The notes below the pieces were generated by a model. That model was given only the letters and a program-made list of their open reading frames with translations. It had not been told where the DNA came from and made no database searches. A DNA stretch of 61,112 nt, the filler included, from Globobulimina sp. (Eukaryota), in NCBI GenBank assembly GCA_003354225.1. It is 17 parts of 17 records of this genome, joined end to end, with 100 filler letters (N's around TTAATTAATTAA, not from the genome) between each part and the next. Parts side by side here need not be neighbours in the genome. Positions count along the whole stretch, not along the records: positions 32,420 to 35,919 come from PIVH01002654.1; positions 36,020 to 39,519 come from PIVH01002655.1; positions 39,620 to 43,119 come from PIVH01002656.1; positions 43,220 to 46,718 come from PIVH01002657.1; 13 more parts are not named here. The stretch is one strand, 5' to 3'. Below are positions 35,122 through 46,818 of the stretch, piece by piece (position 1 is the stretch's first letter; each line of letters starts with the position of its first letter). The position numbers and the translations under genes were made by a program.

Positions 35122-35295
35122 TTATTGTTACAGGAATTAATTAATAGCATGGTTGGTCAACGGAGAAAACAAAATGAAGAGGAAATGTTGTGAAATGTAA
35201 GTGAAGAAATGAGGATGTTTTGTGCAAGTACAGCTGAACTAAACAATTCTGATAAATAATTATACTTTTTCTATTCAAAAGTTAGCAATTAAAAT

Positions 35296-35825
35296 TTAGC
35301 TGTTTGTATCCATATCATTTATGATATCATCCATCATTAAATCCACAGCAACAACGTTGTCATTTAATATTTGCCCAAAATTTCCTGCTGTGTTCTTTTC
35401 TTGAAATAGCTCATCCGGATTTTCTGGTATTACAACATCAGTTGCATCACCTTCCATGGTTGAAGTCACATAGCTTTGTAATGAAACTAAGGATACGCTC
35501 TCTCCTCTGGTTCTTGTAGCTTCCAAAGGAGTAACACTTTGTCCTTCGGTCCCAAAATGTTGAGGATCAATTAACTGCACATAACAGTCATCATGACCGC
35601 TAATGTGCTGTTGATAATTTTCAATCAATTGTTTGTTTCTTTTCTCTTGATATTTCAAATAAAAAGTGACAATAAAACCACATAATATTACTAATGACAC
35701 CAATACAATTACAAATACAATTGGTATTACACTCAAATGACTGTTTTTAGGTTTTCTTGTTGTGGTGGAAATATCAGACGTTTTCAAAACATTTTCTTCA
35801 CTCTCTTTTGTTGTTGTTGTTGTTG
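35296..35825 (-). CDS. C-terminal part of a type-I membrane protein
   Basis: Thr-rich stalk, TM helix VIPIVFVIVLVSLVILCGFIV and acidic tail; the 5' part is lost at an apparent inversion junction. Confidence 0.65.
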
Positions 35826-36327
35826 ATCCAAATGGATACACTATTTATGTTAACGGAATTAAACAATGGAATGGGGCATTATTCTCAGGTATGTTTGTAC
35901 ATAATAATGACAACAAATTNNNNNNNNNNNNNNNNNNNNNNNNNNNNNNNNNNNNNNNNNNNNTTAATTAATTAANNNNNNNNNNNNNNNNNNNNNNNNN
36001 NNNNNNNNNNNNNNNNNNNGTGGCCGGTATACAACGACCGAACAAATCACATAAATATAACACATACGCTCTGTTGATTGATTTGTTTTCTTTTGAAAGC
36101 ATTGAAAGCAGCTGCCATTGTCAAAAAACGTTAAGTATTATTATGCAAAAACGTTAAGTATGAATTAAGCGGCGATGCGATATCAAAAACTTCAAAGACT
36201 TCATATAATCAATAACATTATTATTATCATTCAATTTGTATATACTTAATAACATTATGCATGACGTAGTTTGATAAACCTGACGTATTTATATTGGTTG
36301 CTTTTTGTATCAAATATTTGTGACAAA

Positions 36328-39189
36328 ATGAATAACATTAAAATGAAATCATTAAACAAAAAAAGGAAACGTAAAACATCAATAACTAAAACAACAAATG
36401 CTAGCAAAAACGCAAAAGTAAAAATTAAAGCAACTAATAAAACAAAAACATACCAAACAGTAAACAAAAACACAACAAATCAAAAACATAATAAAAATCA
36501 AAACACAGAACACAACAAATCAAAACACACAACACAAAATTCAGAACATAAACATGCAATTCCTGTCATTGAAGAGTTTACGTTGCAATCAGAACAATAT
36601 CAATATGAATTTCCTATTAACAATATCAATAATATCCAACCAATCGAACAAATAAAAAACATATTATATGATTTAAAATTAAATTATAAAATATCATCAC
36701 AATTTGAGCTTTATCATGATTGCATATTATCGTATCCAGATAAATATATTCGAGCGCGAAATGATTGTGGCTCATGCTTAATATTACCTGATTGGAGACG
36801 CAAAACCAAAACATTATCATATGATAAATATATCCATGTTGAAAAGCGAGATGATGGCCAATGGGTTTGTCCATGTGATATATACAAATACGTAAATGCT
36901 CGGAAATATTGCGATCATACAATATTAGCGATTTCTTTTAGCAATGGAAATCCAACACAATTACCATCATTGCCATTTATTCCAATACATCAACGCGTTG
37001 AAGATAGAGGTACCGTCGCTACAGTTGCTTTTCCTGAATACGGAAGGAAAATGGTAATATATTCAGTTGCGCCACAAGATAGAAGATATTCCTTTGTTCA
37101 TATTAATAATGGCTTTAAAAATGTTGTTTGCAGTCGCCATAAAGGATCGTGTTTATGTAAATCCATTGTATTAAGGCAAATAGGCCACGACTTGAAACAA
37201 TATGAAGATATTAAATTATATGAGCCAGATGAATGGGATGATGAGATTGGATTTTGTGATTGGGATATTTTACATAATAATAAATCTGTAATATCTCATC
37301 AAACTGTTCCTGTTCCACCAATATTTCATACAAAATATGATCAAGTATCTAATCAGGAGCAGTATTATCAATACAAAAAACCGCGAGAAATACCATCTGA
37401 ATTTGCACCAAATATTAAATGTTGTACCACAGACAACTGTACGCATGACTTTGTTGAATCTGATAAAATATTAGTTTCTTCATCAAAAACATTATTTTGG
37501 GATACAAGTTCAAATTATAATAACATTAAAATATATTGTTATCAATGTCCGGAATGTGATGTAACGTATGTTTATGATGGCTGTCATGATAAAGTTGTCA
37601 ATTTCAAAAATGAAATATTAATTCATCATGATATATTTAATTCGTTTACTTTATTTTATCACAGATCCAATATGGCAATGAATACGTTTGTTCGCAATCA
37701 ATATGATATATACAGTTCAAATAATTCTATTAAATCGTTTTTTAATGCACCGACATTTGATAAATTATATAAATCATTCAAAGCGTTGCAAGGTTGGGAT
37801 AAAACATTGCGTTGTCGGAATTGTCAGGAAGCTGGAAAACTGCCAAGCATAGTAAGCTTTGACGGGGTAGGTCAAATTATAAAAGATCATCAGGTTAAAA
37901 ATTGTGTTTCTCCAAAAGATACAACACAATTTAATGAGGTGCGTGTTAAAATGGAGGCTAAAGTGGCTAAACTTCGAAAAGTGTATATTCCAAACGCTAA
38001 GCTTCGAAAACAAGTTGAGAATTTATGTATAGCCACACAAATCCGAGTATATAAATATGACACAAGAACACGCAAACAATATAGTGAAAGAAATATAAAT
38101 ATTATATTACAAAGTTTAGTAAGTGCTGAACATGGAAAACTTGCAAATCTATTGACATTTATTTTGAAGGATAAGTCTGCAAACAATCAATCCCAATGGT
38201 CTCAATATGATGGTAAATTGCAGCATTCAATAGGGAATGTAATCAGATCGTTAGCAAGATATAATTTATTGGATAGTATTGTGCCATATCCATTGATTGA
38301 AACTTTAAAACAATATGATTATTCCAGATCCAATTGGTCCAATATTAAACAAAAAGTTGCTGACTATTCCCCATATATTTATCATTCATTCCAAGGATTT
38401 TTCAGATACGCAGAAACACCACCAAATGAATGGACTGAATTGATTAATGAAATTGTATGTTTATCATCAAAATTGGTTGAAGGTTTAGAAAACATACGAC
38501 ATCAATCACCACCTATTCCAAAATCAGAACCTCTGCATCAAACAATATTCAATGCACCATCAAAATCAGGATGTAATTATGGTTATAAAGTGCAACATAC
38601 GCGACCTACATATGATTTTAAATCAGAGAAAACAAAACGAAAAACACGGAAAAATAAAGCAAACCTTGATGAAGAAGATGTTGTTGGTGGTTGCAATAAA
38701 TATTATTGTGAGTATGGGAAAATGTCAAATGGTTTGGTGGTAGTTAAGTGCTTGGAGCATGAGGAAATTATTGGGACTCATGTTTTGCGTGAAGCTGAAT
38801 CTGTGAATGATATGTTTTCTTTAGTTTTAATGATATATCCAGGAGATACAGCACCTGAATTGGTATTATGTGATAACGCATGTCAATTACATAGATATTG
38901 TATGTATAGAGAACCAACAAAATTCAAAAACACTTTATTTTTAAATGATGAATTCCATGGTAAAGGCCATAAATGTGGTCCATTATATTCCATCAAAGAG
39001 TTTAAAGATGTTTTGTCAAAGTTTAGTTTTCTGAACGATTCTAGTATTGAACAAACAAACCGTTTCTTAAAATATATGCGAATATCATCAATGTATATGA
39101 ATTTAGCTTCGTTTATGTCATTTGTAAAAACAGCTTTAGAAATTGAATCACGTAAAGCAATCATAAAAAGAACAGATGCAGAGTATTAA
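36328..39189 (+). mobile_element. KDZ (Kyakuja-Dileera-Zisupton) superfamily transposase, intact ORF
   Basis: SWIM-like CPC..CDH, CxC Cys clusters (CYQCPEC..YDG), and catalytic-type motifs SFDG, VVKCLEH, AESVND, LCDNACQL, DEFHGKGHKC, NDSSIEQTN. Intronless. Confidence 0.85.
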
Positions 39190-39339
39190 ATAAAATTATT
39201 TGTTGTTTGTTTTCCATTATATTTAAACCTGTATTCATTGTATTCATTGTGTCCATTTTTTATATGTTTATCGATTCCCCATTGGATGTTTGTTATTGTT
39301 CAAATGTTGCGTTATATCTATTTGTTGCTTGTTCATATC

Positions 39340-39519
39340 CTACTTCGCCTTGCAATCTATCCCATTGACTGCCGAATCACTCTCCTTCGCCTTGCAATAT
39401 ATCCCACTGACTGCCGAATAACTCTCCTTCGCCTTGCAATCCATCCCATTGACTGCTGAATCACTCTCCTTCGCCTTGCAATCCATCCCATTGACTGCTG
39501 AATCACTCTCCTTCGCCTT
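39340..39519. repeat. 42-bp tandem repeat, at least 4 copies, cut by the contig end
   Basis: Unit CTTCGCCTTGCAATCCATCCCATTGACTGCTGAATCACTCTC, with the leftmost copies more diverged. Confidence 0.92.
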
Positions 39520-39651
39520 NNNNNNNNNNNNNNNNNNNNNNNNNNNNNNNNNNNNNNNNNNNNTTAATTAATTAANNNNNNNNNNNNNNNNNNNNNNNNN
39601 NNNNNNNNNNNNNNNNNNNTGTTTTCAGCCGCCCCAGTGAGGATTGAAAAC

Positions 39652-39760
39652 ACACACAAAGTATAGGAGGCCTATAATTTGTACACGATCTGTGACGTCA
39701 CAGTTACGAGTGCAATCCCTATGGTTAATATGCTAATTAGGGTGCCTATACTTTGTGTGT
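39652..39760. repeat. Small inverted-repeat (MITE-like) element
   Basis: ACACACAAAGTATAGG ... CCTATACTTTGTGTGT, a perfect 16-bp inverted repeat about 110 bp across. Confidence 0.7.
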
Positions 39761-39805
39761 AAATAAATACAGTAATCTTGGGTCCTGGCACGAAAACTAA
39801 ACCTT

Positions 39806-42800
39806 TTAATTGTTATTGTCAGTAAAAACCAGGCAGGTTGCCCTATAGTATGTTACCATGGTGGTTCCCAGTTTCTAGCCATTCTTACCTTATCTTGACC
39901 AACATAATAAATGTACTTTAAACCAGAAAGGATTTTGCTCAACTACCTTTCCCTGGCGAACAGTGACGTCGGGAAATTTTCGGTCAATTACAGCAAAAAT
40001 TCAACAAATTTGTGAAATTTTTGAAATCGCCATAGCTAGTTAATTAAGGCAGCTAGGAAGATGATTAAAAAACCAATCGACAGCATGGGTTACAGAGTAT
40101 TTTGGACAAAAGTTTGAAAGAAAACGACTCATTCGTTAAAAAATTACAGTAGCACGAAATATGCGCGATATTCACTTTTTCGGAAATTTGGATTATGTGC
40201 CAAGTTTGAGTGGCTAGTACACAATTTCCCTGGCTTCTCCGGATCTGATAATTCTGTGCCATTTGTATCCTTACCTGTAGTTTACAAAACCGTTTCAACA
40301 TCCGTGGTACATGGGTAAACTGTGGAGCACTGCTCATTTAAATTTTTCTAAAAATCGAAAAATCGAAAATTTTCTCCATCGAATAACAACCATAGAAATT
40401 AGTTGTTTCATCATATTTGCATTAGTAATGGTCCAAAATGTTGTTAAATAACATTGGCGGGAATTTTCAAGTTTTTCTGACAAGGTTCGACCCTCGCCGT
40501 GAGAAATATTTTTTTATTCTTTTATGAATTTTTTTATTTTTTTTGTTTTTACTCACCTTTTTAAGCTGTAAAGTGAAAATGACGATTGTTTTGATTTCAA
40601 AGCAGATTATGGACGTCATGTACTAAAACTTATGATTGTTTCTCACTCAACATAACTATTTGTTAAATTAATATGGTATTTACTCAATCGTTTCATCTAA
40701 ATAACCAAATGACACACACACACTATCGATATTCAACTTTGTTCTATCTACAGTATTATTAAACATTAATTTAAGCCACCATAGGACAGTATTTGTTGAT
40801 CTTATGGAAAATAAGAAGCATTTTTGCCACGTTTCTCCATCATATGTTTTCTTCTGGTAAGTTTCTGTTAAAAATAGTCGCGGTTTAAGAGTCGATGTCT
40901 GAGTATGTGGACCACTATATGGTTTCCGAATATTTTAAAGGTGTAACCTGTGAGATCTGAAATACCTAAGACTGTTACATACAGATGAGTTATATAAGCA
41001 CAAGAAAGGATTTTTCGATCCGCGATTTTTCGTAAATTTTTTTGAAATGACCGTAACTCCGTCAATTTTAATTGTAGAGCAAAAATCTTTTTTCCATTGG
41101 ATTCCTCATCGAAAAACTTTTAATTTAAAAAAGAACTGATCCGAATGTTAGAAATCTAGCTGGAGTTATATTTAGTTGAAATTTTTGGCCATCACAAAAA
41201 GAGCTGTAGCTATTCCGGAGCGTTGGATATGTAATTGTCCGCGAAAGAAAATTTTCGGGGTCATTTTTTGGAAAAACGGTTTTTACTTGGTGAAATAATT
41301 AGCAGCGAAAGACAACAAATATCACAAAAATGCCTGCAAACAGTAATTTTGGACTTGTTTTCAACTTTTTTAGCGATAAAAATGCGTTTTTCGAAAAAAA
41401 ACATTTTTTGATTTTTTGGCCTCTAGGCCGATTCCATGCTCCAAATGACAAAAAATGACAAAACATTATTTTCCAAAAAAACATTTTTATTGCTAAAAAA
41501 GTTGAAAACAAGTTCAAAATTACTGTTTGCAGGCATTTTTGTGATATTTGCTGTCTTTAGCTGTTAAAATTATTTCACCAAGTGGAAACCATTTTTCCAA
41601 AAAATGACCCCGAAAATTTTCTTTTGCGGACAATTCCATACCCAATGCTCCGGCTATTTGGGTCGACTTTTTTTTTAAAATGACGAGCATGGCAAGATCT
41701 TTATTTTGGAAAAATAAAAAAATAAACATCGGACTCCGTTTTTAGCTACAGCTCTTTTTGTGACAGCCAAAAATTTCAACTAAATATAGCTCCGCCTAGG
41801 TTTGGAATTTTCGGGTCAATTTTTTTTAAAATTAAAGGTCTTTCGACGAAGAATCCAATGCAAACAAAGATTTTTGCTCCATGATGAAAATTGACGGAGT
41901 TACACTCATTTAAATTTGTTTTACAAAAACCGCGATATTTCGACATACTCAGACATCGACTCTTAAACCGCGACTATTTTTAACAGAAACTTACCAGAAG
42001 AAAACATTATGATGGAGAAACGTGGCAAAAATGTTTCTTATTTTCCATAAGATCAACAAATACTGTCCATGGTGGCTTAAATTTATGTTTAATAATACTG
42101 TAGATAGAACAAAGTTGAATATCGATAGTGTGTGTCATTTGGTTATTTAGATGAAACGATTGAGTAAGTACCATATTAATTTAACAAATAGTTATGTTGA
42201 GTGAGAAACAATCATAAGTTTTAGTACATGACGTCCATAATCTGCTTTGAAATCAAAACAATCGTGTTTTTCTCTTTGCAGCTTAAAAAGGTGTGTAAAA
42301 ACAAAAAAATAAAAAAATTCATAAAAGAATAAAAAAATATTTCTCACGGCGAGGGTCGAACCTTGTCAGAAAAACTTGAAAATTCTCGCCAATGTTATTT
42401 AACAACATTTTGGACCATTACTAAAGCAAATATGATGAAACAACTAATTTCTATGGTTGTTATTCGATGGAGAAAATTTTCGATTTTTCGATTTTTAGAA
42501 AAATTCAAATGAGCAGTGCTCCACAGTTTACCCATGTACCACGGATGTTGAAACGGTTTTGTAAACTACAGACAAGGATACAAATGTCACAGAATTATCA
42601 GATCCGGAGAAGCCAGGGAAATTGAGTACTAGCCACTCAAACTTGGCACATAATCCAAATTTCCGAAAAAGTGAATTTCGCGCATATTTCGTGCTACTGT
42701 AATTTTGTAACGAATCCGTCGTTTTCTTTAAAACTTTCGTCCAAAATACTCCTTAGCCCAAGCTGTCGATTGGTTTTTTAATCATCTCCCTAGCTGCCTT

Positions 42801-43029
42801 AGTTAACTAGTTACGGCGATTTCAAAAATGTCACAAATTTGTTGAATTTTTGCTGAAATTGACCGAAAACTTCCCGACGTCACTGTTCGCCAGGGAAAGA
42901 TAGTTGAGCAAAATCCTTTCTGGCTTAAAGTACATTTATTATGTTGGTCAAGATAAGGTAAGAATGGCTAGAAACTGGGAACCACCATGGTAACATACCT
43001 GCCCGGTTTTTACTGACAATGACAATTAA
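39806..43029. mobile_element. 3.2-kb non-coding palindrome / foldback-like element
   Basis: Outer arms ~39806-40908 and ~41941-43029 are near-identical reverse complements. Inner arms ~41045-41410 and ~41460-41915 are more diverged. Centre near 41430. Confidence 0.85.
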
Positions 43030-43219
43030 TACGACAAAATTGTGGTTTGAGAGAAATTATGTTTTAAATTTCAACTCAATCGGTAACCTCCTTATTGAAT
43101 ATGCTTGTATGCTGGTGTTNNNNNNNNNNNNNNNNNNNNNNNNNNNNNNNNNNNNNNNNNNNNTTAATTAATTAANNNNNNNNNNNNNNNNNNNNNNNNN
43201 NNNNNNNNNNNNNNNNNNN

Positions 43220-43787
43220 TTAAGAAAAAAAGAAAAAGAAGAAGAAAAAGAAACCAAAGTTTGCGGTGGCATTTGATTCGATTACTTTTTTAAATGACAA
43301 AATATGTTTGTTGTCCTCAAATGGGTTAAATGCTGGCTGTCATGAATGGAGTGTTAAAATCCGAAAATGTGATATTTATACGCAAGAAATCGGAGTGATC
43401 AGCACTTTAAAGATGAAACACAATATGAAAGTCAATGAGAATCGCTTTTTGTTAAGTAATGAATTGGGCGCCAGAGCGATATATGGATGCGAAGTATGTA
43501 CAAAGTGTTTGTATTACGGATCGTATGACACGGACGGAAAGCAAATATGTTACGGAGTCGAATATGGAGATTTGAATAATAATAATTGGGAAACTGGTGA
43601 TATTATTAAAGTTTGTTTGGATTTGAATAAGTCGAAAATAACATTTTCTTTAAATGGTAATAATGTGAGGAAAGCAATGCATATAGCAAGTAATGAGAAT
43701 CTTTATTTTTATCCAATTATTGCATTCCAAAAAAGTGGGAATTACAAATATGAATTAATGAGTGTTCAAAATAAAAAATGGATATAA
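43220..43787 (+). CDS. SPRY/B30.2-like domain protein (5' partial)
   Basis: GCHEWSVKI..QEIGVI..GDIIKVCLDL..ITFSLNG..FYPII. Confidence 0.8.
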
Positions 43788-44238
43788 ATTAATAAATATT
43801 AATGTCAGAGACCAATATATGGATCATTCGAGATTCGAATCAAAAATAAAGAAATACTTTCTATTTCTGATTTTCGATGCGATTTTTGTTGCCTTATTGT
43901 GACTTTGATACTAGTATATTGTATAAAATGTATATTTTACCTTTCTTGCTAGTTTCGTATCCGTTTTGATATTATGTGCTATAGAAAATTATTTCTAAAC
44001 ATTTGTAGGTGATAACAGTGAAGTTAGCTAGTCATCACATGAACGGACTTTTAACGGTTTAAAACGAAAAAGAGTTTACCAAAACGAACGATCGACTATT
44101 TCATTTTGTATAATTACAACGCCTAAATAACACAGTAGAATTTTATAATTAAGTACTTAACACACAATACAAAATACAGAATTTTTATGATAATGCTTTA
44201 TTGTGTTTTTATTTGATCAGAATTTATATCTCTTGTTC

Positions 44239-45321
44239 TTATTCAAAATCAACATTTTCAACAATTAAATTCTGTCGGGATTGAATATTTTTACGTCTTC
44301 TTACTTTTTGTTCATGCTCAGTTTTCTCAGTAAAAGCTTGTAAACCGCGCATAACCTCCATAGGCAATGGGAATAAAATGGTACTGTTCTTTTCCGCCGA
44401 TATCTTAACCAAAGTATGCAAATAACGCAACTGCAACGCACCGGGACTGTCACTGATTGTATCAGCCGCTCTCGCCAATTGCTCCGCAGCTTCCGCCTCA
44501 CCCTTCGATGACACCACTTTGGCCCTCCTTTCCCTCTCAGCCTCGGCCTCCGCCGCCATAGCCCTTTGCATATTTTTTGGTAAACGGACATCTTTAATTT
44601 CAACAGCTGGCACTGCCACACCCCACGAACTGGTTTCTGCCTCAATGATATCTCTCACTTTATCATTAATTTCCTCTCTCTGCGATAATAAATGCTGTAA
44701 ATCGTATGTACCAATAACAGACCGCAACGTTGTTGCGCAAAAATTATTAAATGCATAACGATAATCATCCACCTCCAATATTGCTTTAATGGGATCGATG
44801 ACTTTCATAAATGAGATTGCATCAACGGTGACGGTGACCGCATCCTCGGTCATCATTGCTGTTTATACATTATTATCATAGAAGTTTATAATATATATAT
44901 TATGATATAAGAAACCTTGTGGTGGTAAATCACAAGTAACCATTCTTAGATCAATAACTGTGATGGAATCAGTCAACGGATTAATTAAGAATATGCCAGG
45001 TCCTTTTGCACCGCCTGTGATTTTGCCCAATCTGAATATCACTGCACGTTCATAGTCACGAACCGTGCGAAATAAAAAAAACCAAAATATTGGAATTATT
45101 ACACACACGAACCATGCACAACCTAATAAAAATATCTCACAACAACTCCATGTATGAGGCTCCTCCGGATCATACATATTCACTGAGGATTGGTAATCTT
45201 GCATATTTTTTTTGGACGGCGAGCCATCCAATGCTTTGGGTGCAGAATGCGATCCATAATCTGTTGTAACTACGCCTTTAGTTGGTCTGTTTTGAATGTT
45301 CTCCATTAGTGGGTCATCCAT
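44239..45321 (-). CDS. Stomatin / band-7 (SPFH) protein, copy A
   Basis: YERAVIFRLG and AMAAEAEAERERRAK..ALQLRYL; intron 44859-44915. Confidence 0.95.
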
Positions 45322-45447
45322 TTACTACTCTTCAGGAGTTTTATTTTTTTTTATTCAAAATAACCTTCCAAAGTCTGTGAAAGTCATTTGAATTGCTCCT
45401 CCCTCGTCAATATTGATCTCACTCCAAATCAAATATCATTACAAAGT

Positions 45448-46497
45448 ATGTCGAGTCGTGAAGTAGATGCGTTTGCGAAGGAGAAGCCCACCGCATCCGG
45501 CGGCGAATTACGGGTCGACACAGGCCGTAGAAAGATGCAAGATTACCAATCCGTGCATGCGTTATACGATCCGGAAGTAGGCGTAAAATGGAGTTGCTGT
45601 GAAGTAATCATACTTTGTCTTGCTTGGTTTTTAATGATAATACCTATATTTTGGTTTTTTATGTTCCGTACAGTCCGCGATTATGAGAGAGCGTTGATTT
45701 TCAGATTAGGGAAATTAAAAGGCGGCGCTGAAGGACCCGGTGTCTTCTTACTCAATCCCTTAACCGATCACATATTTGTTATTGATTTACGGATAGAAAC
45801 TTATAATTTGCCGCCGCAAGGTATCACACATAAAATATATACACTTACTGCATGTGCAAGGATATAAATATAACGCAATTTAGATATGATGACCGAGGAT
45901 GCGGTCACCGTCACCGTTGATGCAATCTCATTTATGAAAGTCATCGATCCCATCAAAGCAATATTGGAGGTGGACGATTATCGTTATGCATTTAGAAATT
46001 TTAGCGCAACAACGTTGCGGTCTGTTATTGGTACGTATGATTTGCAGGCATTATTATCGCAGAGAGATGAAATTAATGATAAAGTGAGGGATATTATTGA
46101 GGCAGAAACCAGTTCGTGGGGTGTGGCAGTGCCAGCTGTCGAGATTAAAGATGTCCGTTTACCACAAAATATGCAAAGGGCCATGGCAGCGGAGGCCGAG
46201 GCTGAGAGGGAAAGGAGAGCCAAAGTGGTGTCATCGAAGGGTGAGGCGGAAGCTGCGGAGCAATTGGCGAGAGCGGCTGATACAATCAGTGACAGTCCCG
46301 GGGCGTTGCAGTTGCGTTATTTGCATACTTTGGTTAAGATATCGGCGGAAAAGAATAGTACCATTTTATTCCCATTGCCTATGGAGGTTATGCGTGGTTT
46401 ACAAGCTTTTACTGAGAAAACAGAGCATGAACAAAAAGTAAGAAGACGTAAAACAAAACAGGATTTAATTGATGAATCAAAAGAAGATGTTTTGTAG
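45448..46497 (+). CDS. Stomatin / band-7 (SPFH) protein, copy B
   Basis: Same motifs; intron 45821-45883 at the same position as in copy A. Confidence 0.95.
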
Positions 46498-46818
46498 AAA
46501 AACAATAATTTTAAATGTGGATTGAGTGTTTTGAATGTGTGCAATGATTATTTCAATAAATAGTATATACGTAATTTTACGTTTAATTATTATACAATTC
46601 TGACTACTTTGTTTCTTGACACGGACATTTCAGGGAAAAAAAGGTTTTTTTGGTTTCTTCTTTTCGGAAAAATAAAAATTACAATTCAACTTTACTATTT
46701 TTGAAACGATGTGGTATTNNNNNNNNNNNNNNNNNNNNNNNNNNNNNNNNNNNNNNNNNNNNTTAATTAATTAANNNNNNNNNNNNNNNNNNNNNNNNNN
46801 NNNNNNNNNNNNNNNNNN

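Noticed and set aside
39340-39519. CRISPR array beside a nuclease-fold gene
   Set aside because: Contiguous 42-bp tandem units without spacers.
40065-41729. Short ORFs within the palindrome
   Set aside because: No recognisable motifs and low complexity; consistent with chance ORFs.
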